A stretch of 64,000 nt of DNA, taken from positions 128,001 to 192,000 of the forward strand of contig JBIJDH010000009.1 in assembly GCA_044344255.1 (NCBI GenBank), given 5' to 3'. Below, piece by piece: positions 9,177 to 20,044 of this stretch. The notes under the pieces were generated by a model. That model saw only the letters and a list, made by a program, of their open reading frames with translations, had not been told where the DNA came from and made no database searches. Within the stretch, counting starts at the first letter, position 1, and every line of letters starts with the position of its first letter. Position numbers and translations under genes: made by a program. This DNA comes from Myxococcota bacterium (lineage in GTDB: Bacteria; Myxococcota_A; UBA796; UBA2385).

Positions 9177-9935
9177 TCAGCGCCCCCCGCTGAACAGCGC
9201 GGTGGTGAGGAAGTAGTTGGCGGTGATGAACAAGAGTACGCTGAAGACGACCGTGTCGTTGACAGCCCGACCGACGCCCGCCGCTCCGCCGCTCGCGTTG
9301 AAGCCGTAATACGCCGCCGTCATGCCGATGATACCGCCGAAGACGGTGGTCTTGAGCACCCCCCCGAAGAGGTCTGCGGCGCTGGTCAAGGCGAAGAGCT
9401 GACTCAGGAAGATGCCGCTCGGCTCATGCTTGATCAGCACCGCCGTCACCCAGCCGCCCGTGAGCCCGGCCACGTCTCCGGCGATGCTCAGCAAGGGGCA
9501 AGCGAGCGTGAGGCCGATCACGCGCGGCACCACATGGAACTGGATGCCGTCCACCGCCATCACCTCGGTGGCGTCGATCTCCTCCTTGATCCGCATGGCG
9601 CCTAGCTCGGCCGCGCAGGAGGACCCTCCCTGCGCCGCCACCAGCACGCTGGCGAGCACAGGGGAGAGCTCCCGCAGCACCGCGACGCTGACGAGCGAAG
9701 AGAGGAGCCGCTCGGCGCCGAACAGCTGGAAGATCGTGAGCCCCTGGAGCGCGATGACCATCCCGAAGGGCAGGGTGACCGCCACCACCGGCAAGAGGCA
9801 GCGCATCGTGGTCACCCACAAGAAGCGGGTGGCCTCGTGGAAGAAGAAGGGGCGACGAAACAGGCGCACCACCACCTTTCCGGCGAAGGTGCCGTAGCGA
9901 CCGATCCCCCCGAGCCAGCCGAGCACGCCATCCAT
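9177..9935 (-). CDS. mlaE: MlaE/YrbE family ABC permease (second paralogue)
   Basis: RELSPVL, AELGAMRIKEEIDATEVM, GGAAGVGRAVNDTVV. Confidence 0.92.
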   Translation of the reverse strand: MDGVLGWLGGIGRYGTFAGKVVVRLFRRPFFFHEATRFLWVTTMRCLLPVVAVTLPFGMVIALQGLTIFQLFGAERLLSSLVSVAVLRELSPVLASVLVAAQGGSSCAAELGAMRIKEEIDATEVMAVDGIQFHVVPRVIGLTLACPLLSIAGDVAGLTGGWVTAVLIKHEPSGIFLSQLFALTSAADLFGGVLKTTVFGGIIGMTAAYYGFNASGGAAGVGRAVNDTVVFSVLLFITANYFLTTALFSGGR

Positions 9936-10089
9936 CCGATCCGGACTAATCCAGCCTTGGCCCGTCGGCTCGCCGCGCGTGCGTCTCCGTGGTGGCGAAA
10001 TCCTGGGCGCGGAGAGAAGGAGAGGGCGAGAAGGAGAGGGAGAGAAGGGGAGGGTGGAAGGGGGCGTGCCCTCCAGTTAAGCCGCCGCG

Positions 10090-10431
10090 ATGTTCTGCCG
10101 CACCCTCGCCCTCGCCCTCCTGTCTGCCCTCACCCTGTCCTCGGCCGCGCTCGCCCAGGCCTTGGGAGAAGGGTCCACGGTCTTCACCACCGAGGCGGTC
10201 GATCTGCTGCGCTTCCCAGACGCCGCCCTCACGCTGACCACGCTCGAGCCCGGCGCCAAGCTGGAGATCCTGCTGGTCGACGGCGCGCTGGTTCGGGTCC
10301 GCAAGGGCGTCGACATCGGCTGGCTCCCGGTGGCCAAGGTCTCAGCGACGCCGCCGGCACCGGCTCTGGCCCTCCCAGAGGCGCCGGCTGCGCCCACGCT
10401 GCCCGCGACGCCCACGCCCACCGCTCCCTGA
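10090..10431 (+). CDS. Small secreted SH3b-like domain protein
   Basis: Signal peptide (..AALA-Q); LEPGAKLEILLVDGALVRVR..GWLP resembles bacterial SH3; Pro-rich tail. Confidence 0.6.
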   Translation: MFCRTLALALLSALTLSSAALAQALGEGSTVFTTEAVDLLRFPDAALTLTTLEPGAKLEILLVDGALVRVRKGVDIGWLPVAKVSATPPAPALALPEAPAAPTLPATPTPTAP

Positions 10432-10464
10432 GCGGCTCGCGGAACCCCGCGCGCGCCGCGGCGC

Positions 10465-11010
10465 CTAGCGCGCGGTGTCTGGGATCCGGTAAATGTTGAG
10501 CCCGCGGAGCTCGCTTGAGCCCCCGCCGAGGCGCCAGGTGACGAGGACCTCGAGGCCCGGTACGGCGTCGGCCTCCCCCACCGCGATCTCGCAGACCCGA
10601 CCCGGGCGACCGAGGGGGGCCTCGGCGATGACCCGGCCCCTCGAGCGGAGTCGGATCACCGGCAGCTCCCACGTCCCTTCCGCGGTGGCGGTGGCGGGCT
10701 CCCCGTCGAGGGGAAAGGTGACGGAGAGGGTCGCCGCACAGGTCTCGCCGAGCGCGCTCCAGCCCGCCAGATCGACGGGGATGGCCACCTCGGCGGGCCC
10801 GATGAGCGGTCGCATCCCTGGGCGCGGATCCCCCGAGGGCGGGCCGATCAGCAGGTCTCCCACGCGCCACCAGACCCGGAGGCCGGCATCGGCGACATCG
10901 GCGGCGAGGACCAGCGGCGGAGTGGCGGAGGCGGAGGCGCAGAAGAGCAGCGCGCTGAGGGCGAGGGTGCGCAGGGAGGAGATCCGAAGGAGCGGAGTGG
11001 GGCGGGGCAT
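10465..11010 (-). CDS. Hypothetical secreted protein
   Basis: Signal-like N-terminus; one FG-GAP-like segment AVGEADAVPGLEVLV. Confidence 0.55.
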   Translation of the reverse strand: MPRPTPLLRISSLRTLALSALLFCASASATPPLVLAADVADAGLRVWWRVGDLLIGPPSGDPRPGMRPLIGPAEVAIPVDLAGWSALGETCAATLSVTFPLDGEPATATAEGTWELPVIRLRSRGRVIAEAPLGRPGRVCEIAVGEADAVPGLEVLVTWRLGGGSSELRGLNIYRIPDTAR

Positions 11011-11147
11011 GGCGTAGCCGAACCCCTGAGCGGGGGCGCCTCGGCCCTATCCACTCCCAGGACGCGCAGGCCACCTTCCGCGCTTGGCCTCGGCGGTCGC
11101 GACGGGTCGCGGGCGCGCCCCCCGAGAGTGGGCTAACGAGCGCCCCG

Positions 11148-11981
11148 ATGACGCTCTCCCTCTTCCAGCGCGAGCTCCAGGTCGCCGTGCTCGGCTCCGG
11201 CTCGGGCGGGAACTGCACCTACATCGGGGACGGCGTCGCCGGCGTGCTGATCGACTGTGGGATCAGCACCAAGCAGGTGTGGGCCCGCTTGGAGGCGGTG
11301 GGCCTCGGCGCGGCGCCCATCGACGCCGTCTTCATCACGCATGAGCACTCCGATCATGTCGGCGGGGCGCGGGTCCTCTGCCAAAAGCTCAAGAAGCGGA
11401 GCGGGCGGTCGGTCCCCTTCTTCATGACCCGCGGCACCGAGGGCGGGCTGCGCGACCAGACGCGCCCCGAGGCGGTCGAGACGATCGAGCCGAACACCCT
11501 GCTCCGCGTGCGGCACCTCGAGGTCGAGGCCTTCACCATCCCTCACGACACCCGCGATCCGGTCGCCTACCGGGTGGGCGCGGGCGGGACCTGGGCGGGC
11601 GTCATCACCGATCTCGGCAAGCCGACCTCCCTCGTGCGGGAGAAGCTGAAGAGCCTGAGCGTCGCTGTGCTCGAATTCAACCATGACGTCGAGCTCTTGA
11701 TGGAGGGATCCTACCCCTGGGCGCTGAAGCAGCGCATCCGCTCCTCCCACGGCCACCTCTCCAACGATCAGGCCGCCGAGCTCCTCCACGACGGCCTCGG
11801 CGAGGGCCTCCGCCACCTCGTGCTGGCCCACCTCTCCGAGGAGAACAACCGGCCCACCAAGGCCATGGCCGCGGCGCTGCGCGCCCTCGCCGATCGGGGA
11901 GCCACCGGGCAGGCCACCGTGACCGCGGCCTCCCAGGACGCGCCGCACCGGGTGGCCCCCGTCCGGGTCCACGACTGGTGA
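11148..11981 (+). CDS. MBL-fold metallo-hydrolase (YycJ/WalJ-like)
   Basis: LGSGSGGN, LIDCG, THEHSDH, PHD, EFNHD, GHLSN, AHLSEENN. Confidence 0.9.
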   Translation: MTLSLFQRELQVAVLGSGSGGNCTYIGDGVAGVLIDCGISTKQVWARLEAVGLGAAPIDAVFITHEHSDHVGGARVLCQKLKKRSGRSVPFFMTRGTEGGLRDQTRPEAVETIEPNTLLRVRHLEVEAFTIPHDTRDPVAYRVGAGGTWAGVITDLGKPTSLVREKLKSLSVAVLEFNHDVELLMEGSYPWALKQRIRSSHGHLSNDQAAELLHDGLGEGLRHLVLAHLSEENNRPTKAMAAALRALADRGATGQATVTAASQDAPHRVAPVRVHDW

Positions 11982-12042
11982 GGCCCCGGCCCGCCGCGCC
12001 CTGTACGGTTCGCCCCGCCCTGAACGGTTCAAGGAGACAGAG

Positions 12043-13365
12043 ATGATCCCCCGATACACTCGCCCCGAGGCCGCCGCGATCTGGTCGGACCAGCGCCGCT
12101 TCGCGATCATGCTGGAGATCGAGCTCCTCGCCGCCGAGGCGATGGAGCGGAGCGGCGACCTCCCGCCGGGCACAGCCGCCGCCTGCCGCGCCAACGCCGC
12201 GCCGCTCCTCCCTGACCGCTTCCCCGTGGAGCGCATCGCCGAGATCGAGCGGGTCGTGCAGCATGATGTCATCGCGTTCCTCACGGCGGTCAACGAGGTG
12301 GTGGGCGAGCCTGGGCGCTTCCTCCACAAGGGCATGACGAGCTCGGACGTGCTCGACACGACCTTCGCCGTCCAGCTCAAGGAGTCGGGCGCCTTGCTCG
12401 ATCACGAGCTCGGCCGGGTGCTCGTCGCCCTTGAGCGCAGGGCCCGCGAGCACACCCACACGCTCTGCATCGGGCGCAGCCACGGCATCCACGCCGAGCC
12501 CACCACCTTCGGCATCAAGCTCGCGATCCTCTGGGACGAGCTGAACCGCGGCCGCACGCGCCTCCGCCGGGCCACCGAGGAGGTGTCGGTCGGGAAGCTC
12601 TCCGGGGCCGTCGGAACCTTCGCTCACCTCGATCCCACCATCGAGGCCGAGGTCTGCGCTGCGCTTGGTCTGCGCCCGGCTCCCGCCTCCAACCAGATCG
12701 TGCAGCGCGACCTGCACGCCCACTTTTTCCAGTGCCTGGCCCTCCTCGCCACCTCGATCGAGAAGGTGGCCGTCGAGGTCCGACACCTCCAGCGCACCGA
12801 GGTGCGGGAGGTGATGGAGGCCTTCGGCACAGGACAGAAGGGCTCGAGCGCGATGCCCCACAAGCGCAACCCCATCCTGAGCGAGAACCTGACGGGCCTC
12901 GCCCGCCTCGTGCGCGGCTGGGCGGAGGCAGCGATGGACAACGTGCCGCTCTGGCACGAGCGCGACATCAGCCACTCCTCGGTCGAGCGGGTGATCGGCC
13001 CGGACGCGACCGTCACCACTCACTTCATGCTGGCGCGGCTGCGCGGCCTGATCGAGGGGCTCGTGGTCTTCCCAGAGCAGATGGCGGCCAACCTCGCGGA
13101 CACCCAGGGCATCTGGGCCGCTCAGCGCGTGATGCTCGCCCTCATCGAGGCCGGGCTGTCCCGCGAGGCGGCCTACGCGCAGGTCCAGGCGCACGCGATG
13201 TCGGCCTGGAACGAGCGGCGGCCGTTGATCGAGCTGCTCAGCGAGGACCCCGAGCTCACCGCCCTGATCCCGCCCCCGCGCCTCGCCGAGCTGGCCGACG
13301 CCGCGTGGTTCACCCGCCGGGCGGCGCTGATCCTGGACCGGGTGTTCCGCTCGGCGGCGTCCTAG
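12043..13365 (+). CDS. purB: Adenylosuccinate lyase
   Basis: MIPRYTR, HDVIAFL, GRSHGIHAEPTTFG, GSSAMPHKRNP, WHERDISHSSVER; AAGGAG RBS. Confidence 0.97.
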   Translation: MIPRYTRPEAAAIWSDQRRFAIMLEIELLAAEAMERSGDLPPGTAAACRANAAPLLPDRFPVERIAEIERVVQHDVIAFLTAVNEVVGEPGRFLHKGMTSSDVLDTTFAVQLKESGALLDHELGRVLVALERRAREHTHTLCIGRSHGIHAEPTTFGIKLAILWDELNRGRTRLRRATEEVSVGKLSGAVGTFAHLDPTIEAEVCAALGLRPAPASNQIVQRDLHAHFFQCLALLATSIEKVAVEVRHLQRTEVREVMEAFGTGQKGSSAMPHKRNPILSENLTGLARLVRGWAEAAMDNVPLWHERDISHSSVERVIGPDATVTTHFMLARLRGLIEGLVVFPEQMAANLADTQGIWAAQRVMLALIEAGLSREAAYAQVQAHAMSAWNERRPLIELLSEDPELTALIPPPRLAELADAAWFTRRAALILDRVFRSAAS

Positions 13366-14751
13366 GGCGGCCCGCCGCGTCCGGGCCACCGGGCCCGGGC
13401 GATCCGGTCGGCGGGCGGCCACGCTGACGATGGCCGTTCACCTCGATGCTCTTGAGGAGGCGCAGCGCGGTCCAGGCGACCGTCGGATCGGGGTGGACGA
13501 CCGCCTCCCGGACCCGCGCCAGGGAGGCGCGTTGCCCTCGCGCCCCCGCCTCCAGCACCGCGAGCGTGAGGTCGACGCGGCGCTCCTTCGACCAGGCCCG
13601 ACGGGCGGTGCCCAGGTAGAAGACCGCGGGGATCCGCGCATCCGCAGCGTCGACGTCTCCCTCCCAGTAGTTGATGGCCCCGAGCGTGTGGACGTCGCGG
13701 TCAGCGGCCTCCTCGGAGCTCCGGCTGTCCAACGCCGCCTCGAGGCGATCGACCTCGGCGGCCAACGGTCGAGCCTGAGCGAACTCGAGCTCCTCCAGCC
13801 GGTAGGCCGCCGCCGAGTGGACGTGAGGCGTCATCTCGACGGGCACCACCGCGAGTACGTCGCCGGTCACCTGATCGGCCTGGGCGAAGGCGTGCAGCAG
13901 CCCCTCAGACCAGACCCGACCCAACACATAGCTCGTGTAGGATGGATCATGGGCGTCCCACCACGCGCGTAGCGTCTCGACCGACACGATGAAGGCCGCC
14001 CATCTCTCGCGGCGGGCCACAGTGGAGGGAGGGGTCAACAGGCCGAGCTCCCGCGCGCCGTGCCCGAGGCAGGGCGCCACGAATTCACCAGCCGACAGGC
14101 AGAGCTCCGTGGCCTCGGAGAGCGCAGACGGGGTGTGGAGCGCCCAGATAGCCTCGGCCGCGCGGAACCGACACTCGTTCCTCCACCGTTCATCATCAAC
14201 GGTTACACAGATCCCAGCCGCCTCGGCCGTACGACCGGCAGCGGCCGCGATCACGGCGCGATCGGTGGCGCACTCAATGCCCACCTTCTCCGTGCAGGTC
14301 ACCTGGACGGGCTGCGCGTCCGTGTAAACGCTGGGGATCGAGACGCGCGGGACCTCGTCCTGGGTGGCGGGCCCCCCCCCTGGGCGCTCGCTCAAGGGCC
14401 TCCCCACCGAGTCCGTGACCCAGAGGTGGTGGCGCTGGGCCTTCTCGACGCAGCGTGCGCGCGCGGCCGGCCCCTGGAGCAGGTCGCAGAGGGGCCCGAG
14501 ATCCGCGGCTCCGTGCGACGCGAGGGACAACACGACCGCCTCTTGCTCCAGCGGATCTTGAATTTGCCGGACCTGTCGGTCGACCGAGCCGGCCTTGCCG
14601 TCAAAGCGCTCGCTCACCCAGGTCTGGCGGCAGTCCGCGTCCGAACAGTCCTCGAACCGCTCCGGTACCCCGCCGCAGGCGCCGAGCAGAAAGGGCAAGG
14701 CACCGCCGAAGCGCCACCGCGCCGTGCCAGCGGCGATCCCCCTGGGCCCGA

Positions 14752-14755
<4 letters not shown>
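13310..14755 (-). CDS. Hypothetical Cys-rich lipoprotein
   Basis: Lipobox-like LLGAC; several spaced Cys pairs; 4-bp overlap with pfkA stop; 3' end overlaps purB. Confidence 0.6.
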
Positions 14756-15879
<1,124 letters not shown>

Positions 15880-15917
15880 CTCGTCCGAAGGGTCCGAAAG
15901 GGGGTCGCTCAGGCAGC

Positions 15918-17405
15918 TCAGCGAGCCGCGGCGGCGCCGTGGTCACCGCGGATCTGCGCGAAGTCACGCAGGTGCCCCCAGATCGCCCGCGCGCCGCGGG
16001 TCATGTAGTCCAGGTCTTCGAGAGAGTCGAGGTGGCGCAGCTGATTCATCAAGAAGCGCGGGTGGAGGAAGAGCTTGTAGAATTGCCCCGCCATCCGCAC
16101 CACCTCCTGCTCGTCCATGTCGGTGAGGACGCAGACCGGCTCGGTCATGTCGTACCGATCGTAGTCCGTCTCGTCGAAGCGGATCCAGCCCATCCGCTGA
16201 CAGAGATCGAACAGGGGCGTGCCTGGATATGGCATGATCACGGTCGCCTGAAGGTGGTGAGCGAGGCCCTCGTGCATCAGGTAACGAGCGAGCTTCAACG
16301 TCTCCATCGCGTCCTCACGCGTCTCCCAGGGGTAGCCAACCATCAGCGTGAGGTGGGGCTGGAGGCCGGCCATCGTGGCCATCTTGCACCCCTCGATGAT
16401 CACCTCGCGGGTCAGGGACTTGTCGAGGATGTCGATCGTACGCTCGCTCGCCGACTCGATGCCGAGGATGAGCTTTCGAAAGCCCGCCTTCTTCATCAGC
16501 TCGCAGTTCCGCGGCGTGAAGTAGTCGAAGCGAAAGTTGCAGTCGAAGATGACCTTCTCGTTGATGCGCCGATCGATCATCTCGTTACACAGGCGGATCA
16601 GCCAGTTGCCGGTGGGCAAGGCGCCGGTGTCGTCGAAGATCTCGCGGGCGCCGTACCGCTGGATCAAGAAGTCCATCTCGTCACAGAGCCGCTCCGGGCT
16701 CATCGTCCGAAACTTCGGGTAGGTGACCGTCCACGAACAGAAGGTACATCGCCCGTAGGGACAGTCACGGCCGGCCATGGTCCAGAGGAATGGGAGCCGC
16801 TTCTTCCACTTTTCAAAGTAGAGGTGGGCGTTGGTCAGGTCTCGGTCCATAAAGGGCAAGGCGTTCATGTCGCCGAGGTCCTTGTAGGGTCCAGTGTCCG
16901 CCCAGGTCCCGTCGTCGTTCCGGTACCAGATGCCCCCGGCGAGCGCCTCTCCCTTGGTGAGGTGATCACAAAGGTTCTCAGCGAGGAAGTCCCAGTCACC
17001 CCCGGTGAAGCAGTAGTCTACCTTCGACCGCTCCATCGTCTCGGCCGGGTTGCCGGTGATGTGGTCCCCCATCAGCGCCGTCTTCACGCCCGGCACGAGG
17101 GCGCGCAGGTGGTCGACCACCGCCCAGTGCCGGCGGACCACCGGAGACTTTGTCTCCATCAGGACCAGCTCGGGGCGGAAATCCTCGACGATCCGATCAA
17201 ACTGCGCTTGATCTTTCTGTTCGGCGATGCAGTCAACCCACCGCACATCATGCCCTCGCTCCTGCAGCAGGGTCGCCGCGGAGGCGGGCACACAGGGGTA
17301 GAGGTAGGAAGGATCGTGAAACCATTGGAACTGTCGGTTCTGGGTCAGCATTGGGCTGCCCTTCGCCGAAGTCATGGGCGGGTAGGTCACGAGGACGCGC
17401 ATCAC
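15918..17405 (-). CDS. B12-binding-domain radical SAM protein
   Basis: N-terminal cobalamin-binding-like domain, GRDCPYGRCTFC cluster motif, FDD, GIESAS, MPYPGTPL. Confidence 0.88.
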   Translation of the reverse strand: MMRVLVTYPPMTSAKGSPMLTQNRQFQWFHDPSYLYPCVPASAATLLQERGHDVRWVDCIAEQKDQAQFDRIVEDFRPELVLMETKSPVVRRHWAVVDHLRALVPGVKTALMGDHITGNPAETMERSKVDYCFTGGDWDFLAENLCDHLTKGEALAGGIWYRNDDGTWADTGPYKDLGDMNALPFMDRDLTNAHLYFEKWKKRLPFLWTMAGRDCPYGRCTFCSWTVTYPKFRTMSPERLCDEMDFLIQRYGAREIFDDTGALPTGNWLIRLCNEMIDRRINEKVIFDCNFRFDYFTPRNCELMKKAGFRKLILGIESASERTIDILDKSLTREVIIEGCKMATMAGLQPHLTLMVGYPWETREDAMETLKLARYLMHEGLAHHLQATVIMPYPGTPLFDLCQRMGWIRFDETDYDRYDMTEPVCVLTDMDEQEVVRMAGQFYKLFLHPRFLMNQLRHLDSLEDLDYMTRGARAIWGHLRDFAQIRGDHGAAAAR

Positions 17406-17481
17406 CGCTCCTGTCAGGGTGGAGGGCTGTACCGCAAGGCCCGCACCAAGGCCAGCAGGTTAGTGTCGGCCGCCCAATGAG

Positions 17482-17988
17482 GTGACCGTGCCCGACCGCT
17501 CCTCCGACACCCCCGGGACGCGCGCCCAGGCCGACGCCTCCGGCGACGCCGCAGCACCTCCTCTGGCCGGCGCGAGGCGCCCCGATCGCGTCTTCGGCTT
17601 TGGCTTCTCATACGACTGTCGCATCGGCTTTCACGAGTATGAGCGCCATATTCGCCAGCGGGTGAAGGTCGACTTCGAGGCGGAGACCGACTGGAGGGAC
17701 GCCGCCCGGAAGGACCGCGCGAAGAACCTCGTAGATTACTACGAGGTCAACCGCGCCGTCGAGGCGCTTGTCGGCAGCCGCGAGTGGCGACTGATCGAGG
17801 CCCTCGCGGAGGATGTCGCCCGCTTGATCTGCGCCGGCTTCCCCGTCACCGGCGTGCGGGTGCGGGTGACCAAGACCCCCTTCGACATGCCCAACGTCGG
17901 AGAGGTCGCCGTGGAGTGTTGGCGCTGCCCGGCAGACTTCGCCCCCGGCGGCCTCGCCGAGCCCGGACCGGCCGAGCGGGGAGACTGA
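17482..17988 (+). CDS. folB: Dihydroneopterin aldolase family protein
   Basis: IGFHEYERHIRQRVKVD, VDYYEV, LIEALAEDVA, VRVRVTK. Confidence 0.8.
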   Translation: MTVPDRSSDTPGTRAQADASGDAAAPPLAGARRPDRVFGFGFSYDCRIGFHEYERHIRQRVKVDFEAETDWRDAARKDRAKNLVDYYEVNRAVEALVGSREWRLIEALAEDVARLICAGFPVTGVRVRVTKTPFDMPNVGEVAVECWRCPADFAPGGLAEPGPAERGD

Positions 17989-18063
17989 GCTACGGGAGCC
18001 GCGAGAGAACGGAGCGGGAAGACGAAGCGAGCCGGGCGCAGCGCTTCGGAGCACGGGGGAAAA

Positions 18064-18738
18064 GTGACCAAGGGTCCACGCATCTTCTCAAATTCTGCGA
18101 TGAGCGCCGACGGCAAGCTCGGCACGGTCCTCCACGATCACGTTGCGATCGGCTCTCCGGAGGACCGTCGTCGAATGAGCTGGAGGCGCGCAGAGGCCGA
18201 CGCCGTGATCGTCGGCGGGCAGACCTTCCGAAACTGGCCCCTTCCCCTCGTGGAGGACCCCGCCGCCCTCCTCGCGCCGATGGAGCGGCGACGACCGATC
18301 ATCAACCTCGTCCTGACTCGGCGAGGGATCCTCGGTTCGACTCGGCGTCGATGGCCCGATCCGCGCGTCCAGCTCGTGATCGTCGGCGGGCTGGAGCTGG
18401 ATCGGAGCGCCCATGAGGCCGCGTTCACGGGCGCGATCGTCCACCAGTCTCCGGAGCCTGACCTCCTGGGCGCGCTCGGCGTCCTCGAGGCGATGGGCGC
18501 CCAGTCCATCCTGATCGAAGGCGGTGGAGAGCTCATCTTCGAGGCCCTCCGTGTCGACCGCCTTGATGAGCTGTTCATCACCGTCTGCCCGCTCATCCTC
18601 GGCGGACGGGCTGCGCCCACCCCCGCCGATGGCCCTGGCTTCAGCGCCGAGGCGGCGCGGCGACTGCGCCTGCTCCATGCCGAGACGATCGATCAGGAGG
18701 TGTATCTTCATTATGCGGTCACCCGAACGTCGGGTTAA
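18064..18738 (+). CDS. RibD C-terminal / dihydrofolate reductase-like protein
   Basis: AMSADGKL, RAEADAVIVGGQT, ILIEGGGEL, LDELFITVCPLILGG. Confidence 0.88.
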   Translation: MTKGPRIFSNSAMSADGKLGTVLHDHVAIGSPEDRRRMSWRRAEADAVIVGGQTFRNWPLPLVEDPAALLAPMERRRPIINLVLTRRGILGSTRRRWPDPRVQLVIVGGLELDRSAHEAAFTGAIVHQSPEPDLLGALGVLEAMGAQSILIEGGGELIFEALRVDRLDELFITVCPLILGGRAAPTPADGPGFSAEAARRLRLLHAETIDQEVYLHYAVTRTSG

Positions 18739-18837
18739 TGTACCGCCGCGACACGAAATAGCGGCAATCAGGGTTCGAGCATAGTTCGAGGCCCGTGACC
18801 TGTTGCCGTATACCTTCTTCTCGGGGGTCACCGTCTC

Positions 18838-20010
18838 ATGGCATCGGTTCGAAACAACGCTTGGTGGGGCGAGTTTCTCCTGAGATTGCAGACAGAGTCG
18901 TTGAGCGCGCTCGCGATCCACTACGACGTGACGGAGGTCGCCTTGGAGGCCGGCCTCGGCCAAGCCGACCTCCAGGGTCCGGCCACGGAGGCCCCGTGGT
19001 GGCCCGAGGCCCAGCGTCGGCTGGACGCGGGCGTCTCTCTCCGTGCGACCGCCAGCGCCTTCGGCACCAACCCCCGGCGGCTGCGGCGCGGGCTGAGCAA
19101 GGCGGGTGACGGGACCGAGCTCGAGGAGGCCGCTCGCCAAAGCCCGTCCGAAGGGGGCCGCACCTCGGGGGGAGGCGGCTCTTCCGCGGAGGACCTCCCC
19201 CCCTCCGCCGACGACACCCTCGGCACAGATGAGCTCGATGAGCTCGATGAGCTCGATGAGCTCGATGAGCTTGAAGAGCACTTTGGCCCAGCCTTCGACG
19301 AGGCGCCCGCCCTCGGAGGGCGCCGCCCGCGCCCGCGCCCGGAGATCCTGGAGCCCCAGGTGATCCGTCGCCCGGGCCCGAGCCGGGGTGCGGGTCGAGC
19401 CCCCGCCGCCGTGGCCGGGATCCGCTCGGCCGACGAGCCAGGCGGCGCCTACGCGAGCACGCTCACGGTCCCAGAAGGAGAGGCGCTGGAGCTCAGCGCC
19501 CCGGCCCCCGCAGGGGTGCGGGTCCGCCGTCGGATCATCCGCCGCGATGAGCCCGCGCGAGAGGAGGCGCCGCCCGTCGAGGAGCCCAGCCGCTCACGCA
19601 CGAAGCGCAGCTCCCCCCACGGCGAGGTGCGCATCATGGAGCGCGCCCCCCGGGTCGAGCCCACGGCGACGCTCACGACGCCCCCCTCCGCCACCTCGCC
19701 CTCCGACCCGACCCTGCGCGATGCGGCGGCCGCCCCCAGGGTCGAAGCCAGCCCCGCCGCCGTGGAGGTGGCCGTCACCCCCGGTCGGGCCCCCAGCGCC
19801 GCCGCACCCGCCACGAGCTCCCCGCTCCGGCAGGACGCCGCGCCCCGGGCCCCGGGTCGAGCTTGGCGCGTGAAGCTGCGCGGAGAGCTCCTGCCCATGC
19901 TGATCATCGCACCCGACATGACAGAGGCGGTGCGCCTGCTCTCCTCGCAGCTCTCCGCGGCGGATCTGCAGCGGGTGAGCGTCTTCCTGGCCGGCCGTCT
20001 GATCGGCTGA
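18838..20010 (+). CDS. Hypothetical protein with two N-terminal HTH-like repeats and long disordered linker
   Basis: Repeat WWGEF..SLSALAIHY / WWPEA..SLRATASAF; acidic and Pro-rich middle; compact C-terminal segment. Confidence 0.6.
   Translation: MASVRNNAWWGEFLLRLQTESLSALAIHYDVTEVALEAGLGQADLQGPATEAPWWPEAQRRLDAGVSLRATASAFGTNPRRLRRGLSKAGDGTELEEAARQSPSEGGRTSGGGGSSAEDLPPSADDTLGTDELDELDELDELDELEEHFGPAFDEAPALGGRRPRPRPEILEPQVIRRPGPSRGAGRAPAAVAGIRSADEPGGAYASTLTVPEGEALELSAPAPAGVRVRRRIIRRDEPAREEAPPVEEPSRSRTKRSSPHGEVRIMERAPRVEPTATLTTPPSATSPSDPTLRDAAAAPRVEASPAAVEVAVTPGRAPSAAAPATSSPLRQDAAPRAPGRAWRVKLRGELLPMLIIAPDMTEAVRLLSSQLSAADLQRVSVFLAGRLIG
19228..19272 (+). repeat. In-frame 9-bp tandem repeat (GATGAGCTC x5, last imperfect) encoding (DEL)5
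   Basis: Directly visible. Confidence 0.95.
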
Positions 20011-20044
20011 GCCCGGCGACCAACCTGCAGCGCGGGAGGGATCG

